From Chloroflexota bacterium (GTDB lineage: Bacteria > Chloroflexota > Dehalococcoidia > UBA2979): a stretch of DNA of 14,044 bases. Where the stretch lies: the NCBI GenBank assembly GCA_027593235.1, contig JAQCIU010000058.1, forward strand, positions 1 through 14,044. Reading direction: 5' to 3'. Under the pieces are notes generated by a model, which was given only the letters and a program-made list of their open reading frames with translations, was not told the DNA's origin and ran no database searches. The position numbers and the translations under genes were made by a program. Positions 6,003 through 13,970 of this stretch are shown piece by piece; within the stretch, counting starts at the first letter, position 1; each line of letters begins with the position of its first letter.

Positions 6003-8009
6003 CTAAGTCGTCCGCGTCGCCCAATCCCAGCGCACCGCCGCGTCCGCCACCAGCGTGGCGACGTCACTCTCGAGGACATAACGATCGCTCGCGAGGGCGC
6101 GTGCGGCTGCTTCGACCTGTGCCAGGTAATCCGCGCGATCGGCGTAGCGTTCGCCCAGCGAGCGGCGCGGATCGCTGACCGCTTCTCGGGTCAGGCGGGT
6201 CGTGCCGAAGTAGTGCGACGAGCCGATCATCGGGACGATCTGTTCGGGCGCGCCGCTGTCCGGGTCGCGCAGGTTCCAGGGGAGGTGGGTGGCGAGTGGG
6301 ACAGTCACGTCGGGCAGGCGGACGCCGGCCCGCTCGTTGCCGTTCGCGTCGAGCGCCGAGACCAGTGCCGGGTACGCGTCGCCTTCCACCACCGGGTAGC
6401 GACCGATCCCCTCGGCCGCGTCGCTCCCGAGGTCCGTCGTGCGGATCACCCACAGCCGTTCCGGGTCGGGACGCTCGAGGCCCGGCACCGCCCAGAGCGA
6501 CGCCAGCGCCTCGGCGCGCGTCACCGCAGTGCCATCGGCGATGCGCGGGTAGCGGCTTGGCGGCGGCTCAATCCGCTGACTCACCCACGCATCCAGGTTG
6601 ATCAGCGCCGCGCGCAGCAGCGGCCGGTAGTCCACCGTGTTCCGCGCATATCGAGGTCGTGCGCCATCACCACCGGCCGCCGAATCCGGCGGCATCGTTC
6701 CCGGTACGTGCTGCGCGCCCGCGAACGAGTAGGAGCGCACCTCCTCGGGCAGCTCGATGTCCTCGTCGCCGGCTGGATCGATGTGGGCCAGTGACCCATC
6801 GCCGCGCCAGTACTCGGCGCCGCTGTTCGTGTAGATCACCTTCGGTAGTGCTTCTGGGGACTCGCTGCGCAGGCGGTCCAGCAGGCCCTCGGTCCGCTCG
6901 CTGTAGGGGTCGACGGTCGGGTCGTCACTGAACGGGAACTGGTGGCCGAAGCCCGGCAGCGACTGCTGCGACGGCTGCGCGAAGCGATGGTTGAACTCGC
7001 CTCGGCGCCCGCCGGCCACGTGCGGCAGCAGCCCGTCGTAGGCTGCGCTGCCGTCCTCGGCGACGTTCAGCGCCAGGTAGAGCAGGTGCCGCAGCATCCG
7101 CCCGGTCTGCGAGATGCCGTAGCCGTAGACCCGCTCGAACCCGCCAGTCGGGTTGAGGCTTGCGCCACCTGGCGAACCGACGTCTTCCGGTCCGGCCCCA
7201 GAGGGGGTCGAAGACCCGCGCAAGAAGGAGGCGATCTCGCGTAGCGCGAGCAGCCCGCAGCCGACGACCGGCGCGCCCTCCGTCTCGAACACCAGCTCGT
7301 AGATTTTCCCCGGCACGAACCCGCTCTCGAGGTACACGTGCTCCCGGCTCGGCTCAACGCCGCCACCGTCGACCTCGCGAGCGAAGCGCCACGAGCTGCG
7401 CGGCAACTCCGAGGCCGGTCCGTCCTCCCAGTCCCGCACGAGCAGCGCCGCATCCGGCTGTTCGAGGTCGGCTGCGAGGTAGGGGATGTGAATCCGGTTC
7501 GCCAACAACCGCGTTCGCTCCTCGACGTGTGGCCGGATCTCCACCGCGATCTGCCCGCGGATCTCCCGCCCATCGATCATCGCGTGCGGCGCCTGCAACC
7601 CGAGCAGCCCACCGCCCGCCGGCACGTCCCACTGCCACCCGATCGAGGCCACGCTCCACCCGCGCCGCATCAGAAACCCGTCGCCCGCTGGGTCACCGCC
7701 TGCGTCGGCACGGTTGAACGCACCGAGCGCCCGCGGATTGCCTCGGTTCACCACGTCGACCAACAGCCGCCCGTTCCCGGCGCCGCCATTCGCCGGTGCC
7801 AGCAACGACAGGTCCGAGGTGAACCGCACGCAACCCTCGGCATCCCGCGGCGCCAGCGCCAGATCCACAATCGCCGCGTTCACCTCGGCCGTGGGATCGA
7901 CCGCGAACGTCACGCGCGCATCGATCTGCTCGTATGCCCCCACCTCGCCGAACGACACGCCCTCGGCAAACGGCCGGCGCGAGGTGATCTCGAAGTCGAC
8001 GACGGGCAT
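6003..8009 (-). CDS. Alpha/beta hydrolase domain-containing protein (Abhydrolase_10 / tannase-like family)
   Basis: Family-typical segments 'FGEVGAYE...FAVDP', 'LLVDVVNRG', 'DGFLMRRGWSV..IGWQWDV', nucleophile elbow G-I-S-Q-T-G, 'PKVIYTNSGAEYW', 'DANGNERAGVRLPDVTVPLATHLPWN', 'DPRRSLGERY'. ATG 8009 with a GAAGGAG RBS. Confidence 0.88.
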   Translation of the reverse strand: MPVVDFEITSRRPFAEGVSFGEVGAYEQIDARVTFAVDPTAEVNAAIVDLALAPRDAEGCVRFTSDLSLLAPANGGAGNGRLLVDVVNRGNPRALGAFNRADAGGDPAGDGFLMRRGWSVASIGWQWDVPAGGGLLGLQAPHAMIDGREIRGQIAVEIRPHVEERTRLLANRIHIPYLAADLEQPDAALLVRDWEDGPASELPRSSWRFAREVDGGGVEPSREHVYLESGFVPGKIYELVFETEGAPVVGCGLLALREIASFLRGSSTPSGAGPEDVGSPGGASLNPTGGFERVYGYGISQTGRMLRHLLYLALNVAEDGSAAYDGLLPHVAGGRRGEFNHRFAQPSQQSLPGFGHQFPFSDDPTVDPYSERTEGLLDRLRSESPEALPKVIYTNSGAEYWRGDGSLAHIDPAGDEDIELPEEVRSYSFAGAQHVPGTMPPDSAAGGDGARPRYARNTVDYRPLLRAALINLDAWVSQRIEPPPSRYPRIADGTAVTRAEALASLWAVPGLERPDPERLWVIRTTDLGSDAAEGIGRYPVVEGDAYPALVSALDANGNERAGVRLPDVTVPLATHLPWNLRDPDSGAPEQIVPMIGSSHYFGTTRLTREAVSDPRRSLGERYADRADYLAQVEAAARALASDRYVLESDVATLVADAAVRWDWATRTT

Positions 8010-8050
8010 GGGCGGGGCTCCTTCACGTGGTGGGGTGTGGGCGAGGAGCG

Positions 8051-8072
8051 ATTCTAGCGGGGTGAATAGCAT
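8051..8072. promoter_or_regulatory. Back-to-back divergent -10 elements: TAGAAT (- strand, 8051-8056) and TAGCAT (+ strand, 8067-8072)
   Basis: Two TANNNT hexamers in a 69-bp divergent intergenic region. The + strand one lies 6 nt before ATG 8079, which has no RBS. Confidence 0.55.
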
Positions 8073-8078
8073 GGTCCG

Positions 8079-8768
8079 ATGGCGAAGCGCACCGATCCGG
8101 CGAAGAGACAGCGGGCCGAACTCCGCGTCGTCCGGAAGTCTTCGTCTGGTTTGGCGCAACTCCTGTTTGCTCGGGTCCGCGGCAAAGACATCTATGTCGG
8201 TGGTAACGCGCAAGCTGGTCTTCAATTCCGAGCTACTTATCACGAGAGCGGCCAGACGCATCTCTACACGCCGTTCGGTCAGACGGGAATGTCCTTCGAG
8301 GAGCCGCCAGACGCGATCAAGGGCGTCAAACTCCTATGGCAGACGAGTACAGGGGCCGATCGCTGGGATTACCAGCTGAAGGCGGATTCCGAAAAGAAAC
8401 AAACACTAATCATCGATGACGGCGATTTTCCGGACGGTGCGTGTGTTATGGCACTCGCGGCCGAGCCTGAGGAGCAGCTCGTCAAAGGACTGCTTGCGGG
8501 AACTCCGTTCGAACCATCGAAGATCGAGGTCAGTGGTCACCTGGTGGCCAACTGGGTTTCCCCAGTGATCGTGGTGCTTGTGCTCAAGTGGAATGCGGCG
8601 ACAGCGGTCGCGATCCATGAGCAGATCGCCGCTGCCGCGGGCGAGTCCTCAGAACTCAACGGGTTCATCTACGGACCAGACCCCAACGGGCTCGAATGGG
8701 AGTACATGGGTAAGACCGAGGCGGACGGCACGGTCGTCCGCCCAGGTGCGCCGAAGACGGGAGGCTAA
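8079..8768 (+). CDS. Hypothetical protein (orphan-like, 229 aa)
   Basis: Fills the gap between two minus-strand genes and has globular amino-acid composition. Visibly more A/T-ending codons than its neighbours. Contains a 'TYHESGQTH' His motif. No family recognised. Confidence 0.78.
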   Translation: MAKRTDPAKRQRAELRVVRKSSSGLAQLLFARVRGKDIYVGGNAQAGLQFRATYHESGQTHLYTPFGQTGMSFEEPPDAIKGVKLLWQTSTGADRWDYQLKADSEKKQTLIIDDGDFPDGACVMALAAEPEEQLVKGLLAGTPFEPSKIEVSGHLVANWVSPVIVVLVLKWNAATAVAIHEQIAAAAGESSELNGFIYGPDPNGLEWEYMGKTEADGTVVRPGAPKTGG

Positions 8769-8921
8769 ACAGGGCATCAACTCGCCGCGACATTTCTCCC
8801 CTCTCGCTCGGGCCTGGCGCCGCGTACCCGCAGCCTCCGCGCGCCACCATCCTCCTGCGAGCACCACTCGCGAGGAGTCCGCCCCGCGTCCCCCGCCCCG
8901 CCCCCGAGCCACCCCCGAGGG

Positions 8922-10130
8922 CTACATCAGATCGAGGCCGAAGTAGCGCTGGCGCGCCTGCTCGTCGGCGGGGAAGTCGGGGCCGTTGTAGGCGGCGTCC
9001 GGGTTGCGCGTGTGGTCGGTACCCCATGCGGCGAAGGCGAGGGCACGCTTCGCATCGCCCTCAGGGCCGGGGCCGAGCAGCAGCTCCTCCTGCCACGACT
9101 CGCCCTGCACCATCGCGTTGAAGTAGCGGTCGTGCTCGCTCCCGTATTGCGAGGCCGCCGCACGCCAGTCGTCGTTCGAGGTCAGCGCCTCACTCAGCAC
9201 CCGCGCGTCGCGGAAACCGAGCGAGAGGCCCTGGCCCCACGTCGGATCGGTGTAGCCGGCCGCGTCGCCGATCAGCGCCAGGCCGTCCTCGCACGGGTTG
9301 TCGATCCAGCGCATCTCCGTATCGAACGTCGCCAGCGGACCGACTGCCTCGGCCGCGCCGAACACGTCGAGATCGCCCAGCAGCGGCTTCAGCCCCGCGA
9401 GGAATGAGTCGACATCCTTCGCCCCGCTCAGCCGCTTCCGCTCGTCGCGCGCCGGTCCGAGGTAGACGCGCGCCGTTCCGTCGCCCTGAGGGAAGACCGC
9501 CGCGGCGTAGCCGCTCGCCGGGTCCATCGTCAGCATCCCGGTATCCGACGGCCAGTTCAGATTGCGTATCCGCACGCCCGCCCACAGCCGCATCTCGCCG
9601 CGCGTCTGCTCCGGCCGTTCGATCTGCTTCCGCACCATCGAGGTGCGTCCATCCGCTCCAACCACCAGTCGTGCGCTCGCCGCGTGCTCGCCGTCGCCGT
9701 CCCACGTCACCGCCGGCGCCTCACCGCCGACGACCGAGGTCACGCGCGCGCCGCGGATCACCTCGGCGCCCAGCTCGGCTGCCCAGCCCAGCAGCGCCTC
9801 CTGCGCGTTCGGGTGGAAGAACGTCAGCGCACACCGCCGCGGCTTCGACCGCTCCAGCAGATCGCGAGGCTTCGGCGCCAGCCCGTACACGCCCGAGTTC
9901 TGGTAGCGCACGTCGTGCGCCGAGGCGCGCTCGCGCAGCACCTCGAGGATGCCGAGCTGCTCCAGCTCCAGCACGCCCCACGGCGCGACCCATTCGCCGC
10001 GTACGCGGTCGCGGAACTCCCGCTCGCGCTCCAGCAGCAGCACGCTCGCACCCGAGGCCGCGACTCGCCCGGCCAGCGACGACCCCGCGATTCCGCCACC
10101 CACGACGATCAGGTCATATCGCTCGGCCAT
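8922..10130 (-). CDS. FAD-dependent oxidoreductase/monooxygenase (FAD_binding_3 / UbiH-like)
   Basis: GxGxxG (VVGGGIAG), 'LLLER...RVRGE', DG motif (VVGADGRTS), GD motif (LIGDAAG..DP..GQGLSLG..DA). GAAAGG RBS. Confidence 0.92.
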   Translation of the reverse strand: MAERYDLIVVGGGIAGSSLAGRVAASGASVLLLEREREFRDRVRGEWVAPWGVLELEQLGILEVLRERASAHDVRYQNSGVYGLAPKPRDLLERSKPRRCALTFFHPNAQEALLGWAAELGAEVIRGARVTSVVGGEAPAVTWDGDGEHAASARLVVGADGRTSMVRKQIERPEQTRGEMRLWAGVRIRNLNWPSDTGMLTMDPASGYAAAVFPQGDGTARVYLGPARDERKRLSGAKDVDSFLAGLKPLLGDLDVFGAAEAVGPLATFDTEMRWIDNPCEDGLALIGDAAGYTDPTWGQGLSLGFRDARVLSEALTSNDDWRAAASQYGSEHDRYFNAMVQGESWQEELLLGPGPEGDAKRALAFAAWGTDHTRNPDAAYNGPDFPADEQARQRYFGLDLM

Positions 10131-10164
10131 CGCTCATCGCCTTTCATGCCGTTCGGCTGGGCGC

Positions 10165-10170
10165 AGCGTA
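10165..10170 (-). promoter_or_regulatory. Candidate -10 element (TACGCT) for the FAD oxidoreductase
   Basis: TANNNT hexamer about 35 nt upstream of ATG 10130. Confidence 0.4.
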
Positions 10171-10265
10171 CCCGTCGGCGCTGCGGGCCGGCGTCGGCCG
10201 AATGCCCCAGCGCTGTCGGCTCGTTGCCGGAACGGTCCTGGCTGGGCCCCAGCGCCGGAGTCGCG

Positions 10266-11237
10266 CTAGTTGAGCCCCAGCACCGCCGGCGCGGTCCGTT
10301 CGAGGATCTGCGCGATGTCCTCGGCCGGCAGATCCACCTCGCGAATCCACGAGAACGTCTCCGCGTAGCTCTCCCAGCTCAGCAGCACCGGGTAGTCGCT
10401 GCCCGGCAGCACGTGATCCGCGCCGAACGCCTCCACCGCGCAACGCAGCGCCGCGTGCGAGCCGTGCCCCACCGTGTCGTAGTAGAAGCGCCGCGCCGTC
10501 ACACTCGGCGGCTCCGGCAGCTCGAACTGCTCCATCGAGAACTGCCGATCGAGGCGGTTCAGCAGCATCGGGATCGGCCCACCGAGGTGCGGGATCACGT
10601 GGGTGATGTGCGGGAACCGCTCCGGGATACGCTTCGCGATCAGGTGCAACGCAATCGAGGCGTCCTCCAGCGAGGTGCCCACCGCCGCCCCCAGCCGGTA
10701 GTCGTTGATCATGGGCGAACGGATCCCGTCCCCGCACGGGTGGTAGAAGATCAGCCCGTCCTTCGGGTCCAGCGCGCCGCGCCGGTTCATCTCCTCGTAG
10801 ATCGGCAGGAACTCGTCCTCCGCGACCGACCGGTCCAGCGCCGAGATGTGCAGGTTCAGTCCCACCATCCCCAGCTCGTCCAGCCCTCGCTCCAGCTCCT
10901 TCAGCGACTGGCCGATGTGCGGCAGCGGCAGCGTCACCAGCGCTTTAAACTTGTCCGGGCGCCGGCTCACGAGGTCGGCATGCAGGTCGTTGCAGAGCCG
11001 CGCCGCCGCGACCGACTTCTTCTTCTTCGCGCTGTACGGCGACCGCGCCGCCGCCGGTGACAACACCTGCAGTCCCACCCCCGCCTCGTCCATCCACTCC
11101 AGCCGCTGTGCGATGTGCTCCTCGCTATCCGTATCCGCATGCGGCGCCATCGCCCCGCCCCGCCGCACGTCCGGCAGCTTGGCGATCGCCTCCATGTAGG
11201 CGGCCGGGTGGTAGTGGGCGTGGATGTCGGTAATCAC
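10266..11237 (-). CDS. Amidohydrolase family protein (Amidohydro_2; ACMSD/aromatic-acid decarboxylase-like)
   Basis: N-terminal DIHAH metal motif, 'RLEWMDEAGV..QVLS', 'ARLCND', 'FYHP', 'PHLGG.IP', 'FYYDT', 'GSDYP'. GTG start at 11237 with an AGGGAG RBS. Confidence 0.92.
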   Translation of the reverse strand: MITDIHAHYHPAAYMEAIAKLPDVRRGGAMAPHADTDSEEHIAQRLEWMDEAGVGLQVLSPAAARSPYSAKKKKSVAAARLCNDLHADLVSRRPDKFKALVTLPLPHIGQSLKELERGLDELGMVGLNLHISALDRSVAEDEFLPIYEEMNRRGALDPKDGLIFYHPCGDGIRSPMINDYRLGAAVGTSLEDASIALHLIAKRIPERFPHITHVIPHLGGPIPMLLNRLDRQFSMEQFELPEPPSVTARRFYYDTVGHGSHAALRCAVEAFGADHVLPGSDYPVLLSWESYAETFSWIREVDLPAEDIAQILERTAPAVLGLN

Positions 11238-11282
11238 AGCGGCGCTCCCTTGCAGTGCCTGCGGAACGAACAAGGCGCACGG

Positions 11283-11288
11283 ATTGTA
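11283..11288 (-). promoter_or_regulatory. Candidate -10 element (TACAAT) for the amidohydrolase
   Basis: Near-consensus -10 within CCTACAATCC. The identical 10-mer occurs upstream of coaA. Confidence 0.55.
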
Positions 11289-11380
11289 GGAGCGAATGAG
11301 CGAGGTGCGATCAATCGACAGGCGACCCCGCCACCGAACGTCCGACCCCACACCCGAAGGTCAATGACCGGCGAAGCCGG

Positions 11381-12379
11381 CTACATGCGGCGGAGGCGGA
11401 CTCGCTGGATGTCGTGGGCGGGACCCTTTTCCAGGATCACGTGCGCGCGTTCGCGCGTCGGCAGGATGTTCTCGTGCAGGTTCGCGAGGTTGATCGACCG
11501 CCAGATCTGGTGCGCCGTCTTCCGCGCTTCTTCTTCCGTCAGCTTGGCGAAGCGATGGAAGAAGGAGTCGTCGTCCTGGAACACGGTCGCGCGCAGCGTC
11601 ATGAACCGCTCTACATACCACTCCTCGATGTGGCGCTCGTCCGCGTCCACGTAGATCGAGCTATCGAAGAAGTCCGAGACGAAGGTCAGCGAAGGCGTCC
11701 CGGCCGCGATGTCCTCGGGCGTCCGGTGCTCCATCTGCAGCACGTTCAGACCCTCGATGATCAGGATGTCCGGCTGCCGGACGATCTGGTGTTCGCCCGG
11801 CACGATGTCGTAGGTCACGTGCGAGTAGACGGGTGCACGTACCTCCGCGCGTCCGGACTTCAGGTCGGCGACGAACTGCACCAGCGCGCGGGTGTCGTAG
11901 CTCTCCGGGAACCCCTTGCGACCGACGATGCCGCGCTTGTGCAACTCCGACAGGGAATAGAGGAATCCGTCCGTCGCCACCAGCTCCACGCGCGGCTCGC
12001 CCTCGGAGCGGGCCAGCAGTTCCTGGAGGATGCGTGCCGTCGTGCTCTTCCCGACCGCCACGCTCCCGGCAACGCCGATTACGAACGGCACCCGCGGTGA
12101 GTCGTTCCCCAGGAACCGCGCGCGCGCGCCATACAGCTCGCGCGCGGACTCTACGTACATCCGCAGCAGTCGCGTCAGCGGGAGGTAGGTATCGGCCACC
12201 TCGTCCAGGCTCACGCGGTCGTTCAACCCGACGAGGGCCTGCAACTCGCCCTCGGTCAGCGGCAGCTTCGTGCCGTTCCGCAGTTGTGCCCACTCGCCTC
12301 GTGCGAAGTCCACGTACCGCGACAGCGGCGCGTGTTCGCGCGTGCCGTCGTCCTGGTTGATCGCGGGGGTGGGAGCCAT
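11381..12379 (-). CDS. coaA: Type I pantothenate kinase
   Basis: Walker [10 protein letters not shown], 'TDGFL', 'RKGFPESYD', '[14 protein letters not shown]', '[13 protein letters not shown]', 'VSDFFD.SIYVDA', 'WYVERF', '[23 protein letters not shown]'. Confidence 0.97.
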   Translation of the reverse strand: MAPTPAINQDDGTREHAPLSRYVDFARGEWAQLRNGTKLPLTEGELQALVGLNDRVSLDEVADTYLPLTRLLRMYVESARELYGARARFLGNDSPRVPFVIGVAGSVAVGKSTTARILQELLARSEGEPRVELVATDGFLYSLSELHKRGIVGRKGFPESYDTRALVQFVADLKSGRAEVRAPVYSHVTYDIVPGEHQIVRQPDILIIEGLNVLQMEHRTPEDIAAGTPSLTFVSDFFDSSIYVDADERHIEEWYVERFMTLRATVFQDDDSFFHRFAKLTEEEARKTAHQIWRSINLANLHENILPTRERAHVILEKGPAHDIQRVRLRRM

Positions 12380-12385
12380 GCGGGG

Positions 12386-12391
12386 ATTGTA
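12386..12391 (-). promoter_or_regulatory. -10 element (TACAAT) 6 nt before the coaA ATG; probable leaderless promoter
   Basis: The minus strand reads TACAAT-CCCCGC-ATG, with no Shine-Dalgarno. Confidence 0.6.
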
Positions 12392-12465
12392 GGGGCCTGA
12401 CCCGCTGGCGCCAGCGCCTGTGTTGCGAGCCGATCAGAATCGCGCCGCGACGGCGGCGGAGTGGC

Positions 12466-12672
12466 TTACCCCCGAGGGCGCCGCGCCTGTCGAACGAAGC
12501 GCGCGACCAGCCGGAACGGCCAGCGCACGCCCTTCCAGATCCACCCTTCGACCTGCGCCGCGTCTTCGTTCAACGCCACGGCGTTCCGGTGGTTCTGCGC
12601 CGCGTGGGCATTCAGTGCCTTCGCGTCGTGCTCGAAGTGGGGAGGAGGGATATAGGGGTGTCCGTGGCTCAT
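12466..12672 (-). CDS. Small protein (68 aa) with Trp/Arg-rich C-terminal amphipathic motif; paralog of 12669-12854
   Basis: ATGA overlap with the upstream paralog and a GGTGAGG RBS. 16 of 19 residues are identical to the paralog in the C-terminal motif, with mostly synonymous DNA differences. Confidence 0.82.
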   Translation of the reverse strand: MSHGHPYIPPPHFEHDAKALNAHAAQNHRNAVALNEDAAQVEGWIWKGVRWPFRLVARFVRQARRPRG

Positions 12673-12854
12673 CGCCTCACCACCCGCGCCAGTAGGCGGA
12701 ACGGCCAGCGGACGCCAGCCCAGATCCAGCCGGTGATGATTCCGACATCTTCCGTCGACTTCGTCATCCGCTCGTGATGGTCGTCCGACGTGCGCTGAAT
12801 CACGCGCGCGTCGTTGGGATCGACAGGTGGTGGCGGGGCGCCGTAGAAGACCAT
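12669..12854 (-). CDS. Small protein (61 aa) with Trp/Arg-rich C-terminal amphipathic motif; paralog of 12466-12672
   Basis: AGGAG RBS and a candidate -10 (TATCCT) upstream. Ungapped alignment to the downstream paralog. Confidence 0.82.
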   Translation of the reverse strand: MVFYGAPPPPVDPNDARVIQRTSDDHHERMTKSTEDVGIITGWIWAGVRWPFRLLARVVRR

Positions 12855-12877
12855 ATGTAATCTCTCTCCTGACGCAC

Positions 12878-12883
12878 AGGATA
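12878..12883 (-). promoter_or_regulatory. Candidate -10 element (TATCCT) for the microprotein pair
   Basis: The minus strand reads ...GGTATCCTGTGCGTCAGGAGAGAGATTACATATG: a TANNNT, then an RBS, then the start codon. Confidence 0.5.
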
Positions 12884-12956
12884 CCGAGATTCAGCCCGCT
12901 CTGCCGGGCGGATCGCCTGAGGATCGCGCCCGGTACGGGGCCGCCGAGGTCGAGCG

Positions 12957-13970
12957 TTACTCGAGGATCTTCACCTTGATCAGAGCCGCAATCTTGTCGA
13001 AGGTCGCGCCCAGGTCACCGGCCGTCGGGCTCGGGACGTAGACGCCGTTTCCCAGCGTCGCCAGATCCTGCAACAGGGCGTCGTCCGCGCTGGCGCCGAG
13101 GCCAATCGTGTAGATCGTGATGCCCTGCGCGGCTGCTGCCTGTGCCTGGCTGCGGGAGTAGGTCGCGGCCTGAGCCTCGGTGCATGATGCGCCGCCCGCG
13201 CAGCGGTTCGGCACCCCGTCGGAGAGCAGGACGATGATCTTCAACGCGTCAGGTCGAGTGTTGACGCCGTTGATCACGTCGTTCCGCGCTCGCAGAATTG
13301 CGTCGCCGATGTTCGTGCTGCCGCTCGGGTAGATGTTGGTGATCGCGCTCTCAAGGGCCGATCCCGAACCGAAGTTCGCCGAGGCCGTCAGGTCCAGCGT
13401 GGCCTGCGTCGCGAACGACACGAGACCCACCCGCGTGTACCCCGGCTCGAACAGATCCGAGAACCCGTCGGCCGCAACCTTTACCGAGGTCATCGGCTCA
13501 TGCGCCGGAGGTGGCGCCGGGCAGGTCGAGGTGAGGTAGTGCGAATCGCGGCACATCGACCCCGATCGGTCCAGCGACAGCACGATGTCCGTGAGCTGCG
13601 CACCGGCGACCGCTCGCACGCTCACCGTCGCCGAGTCTTTGCCGAACAGCGACAGAATCGTGTACTTCAGCTCCATTGAGCCGATGACCTCGATCTGCTC
13701 GCGATCGGGCGTCGGGAACGCCACCGTGAAGGTGGACGGCCCGCCTGAGGGGCGGTTGGCGTCGAAGTACACGTCGGCCGTCGATTGCGCCGCCGCCGTG
13801 TTCGGCAGCATCTGCGCGCCCGCGTGTGCCGCAGCGTCAACGGCGTTCTGTAGCTGGCGTCGCTGCTCCAGGTGGATGCCGACGTCCAGCACGATCCCCA
13901 TCATGCCCAGCAGCGTGATCAGCGCGCCGGTCATCAGCACAATCACCTGCCCGGACTCACTGCTGCGCAC
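12957..13970 (-). CDS. Tad/Flp pilus TadG-like protein: N-terminal pilin-like segment plus C-terminal vWA domain
   Basis: 'ESGQ' prepilin-like site followed by a hydrophobic helix and 'LDVG....RRQLQNAVDAAAHAGA' (Tad domain). vWA MIDAS motif DRSGS, plus 'GSTNIGDAI', 'IVLLSDG.PN' and 'IYTIGLG'. The frame stays open to the window edge, so the true start may lie upstream of GTG 13970. Confidence 0.9.
   Translation of the reverse strand: MRSSESGQVIVLMTGALITLLGMMGIVLDVGIHLEQRRQLQNAVDAAAHAGAQMLPNTAAAQSTADVYFDANRPSGGPSTFTVAFPTPDREQIEVIGSMELKYTILSLFGKDSATVSVRAVAGAQLTDIVLSLDRSGSMCRDSHYLTSTCPAPPPAHEPMTSVKVAADGFSDLFEPGYTRVGLVSFATQATLDLTASANFGSGSALESAITNIYPSGSTNIGDAILRARNDVINGVNTRPDALKIIVLLSDGVPNRCAGGASCTEAQAATYSRSQAQAAAAQGITIYTIGLGASADDALLQDLATLGNGVYVPSPTAGDLGATFDKIAALIKVKILE

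Noticed and set aside
8010-8261. N-terminal extension of the hydrolase ORF to 8261
   Set aside because: It overlaps the divergent gene, and a good RBS and -10 support ATG 8009. The extensions of the aldo/keto reductase, DUF1330 and amidohydrolase ORFs were trimmed for similar reasons.
12490-12731. DNA repeat as a CRISPR or mobile-element repeat
   Set aside because: Only two copies, and the differences concentrate at third codon positions, so a duplicated protein-coding motif explains it.
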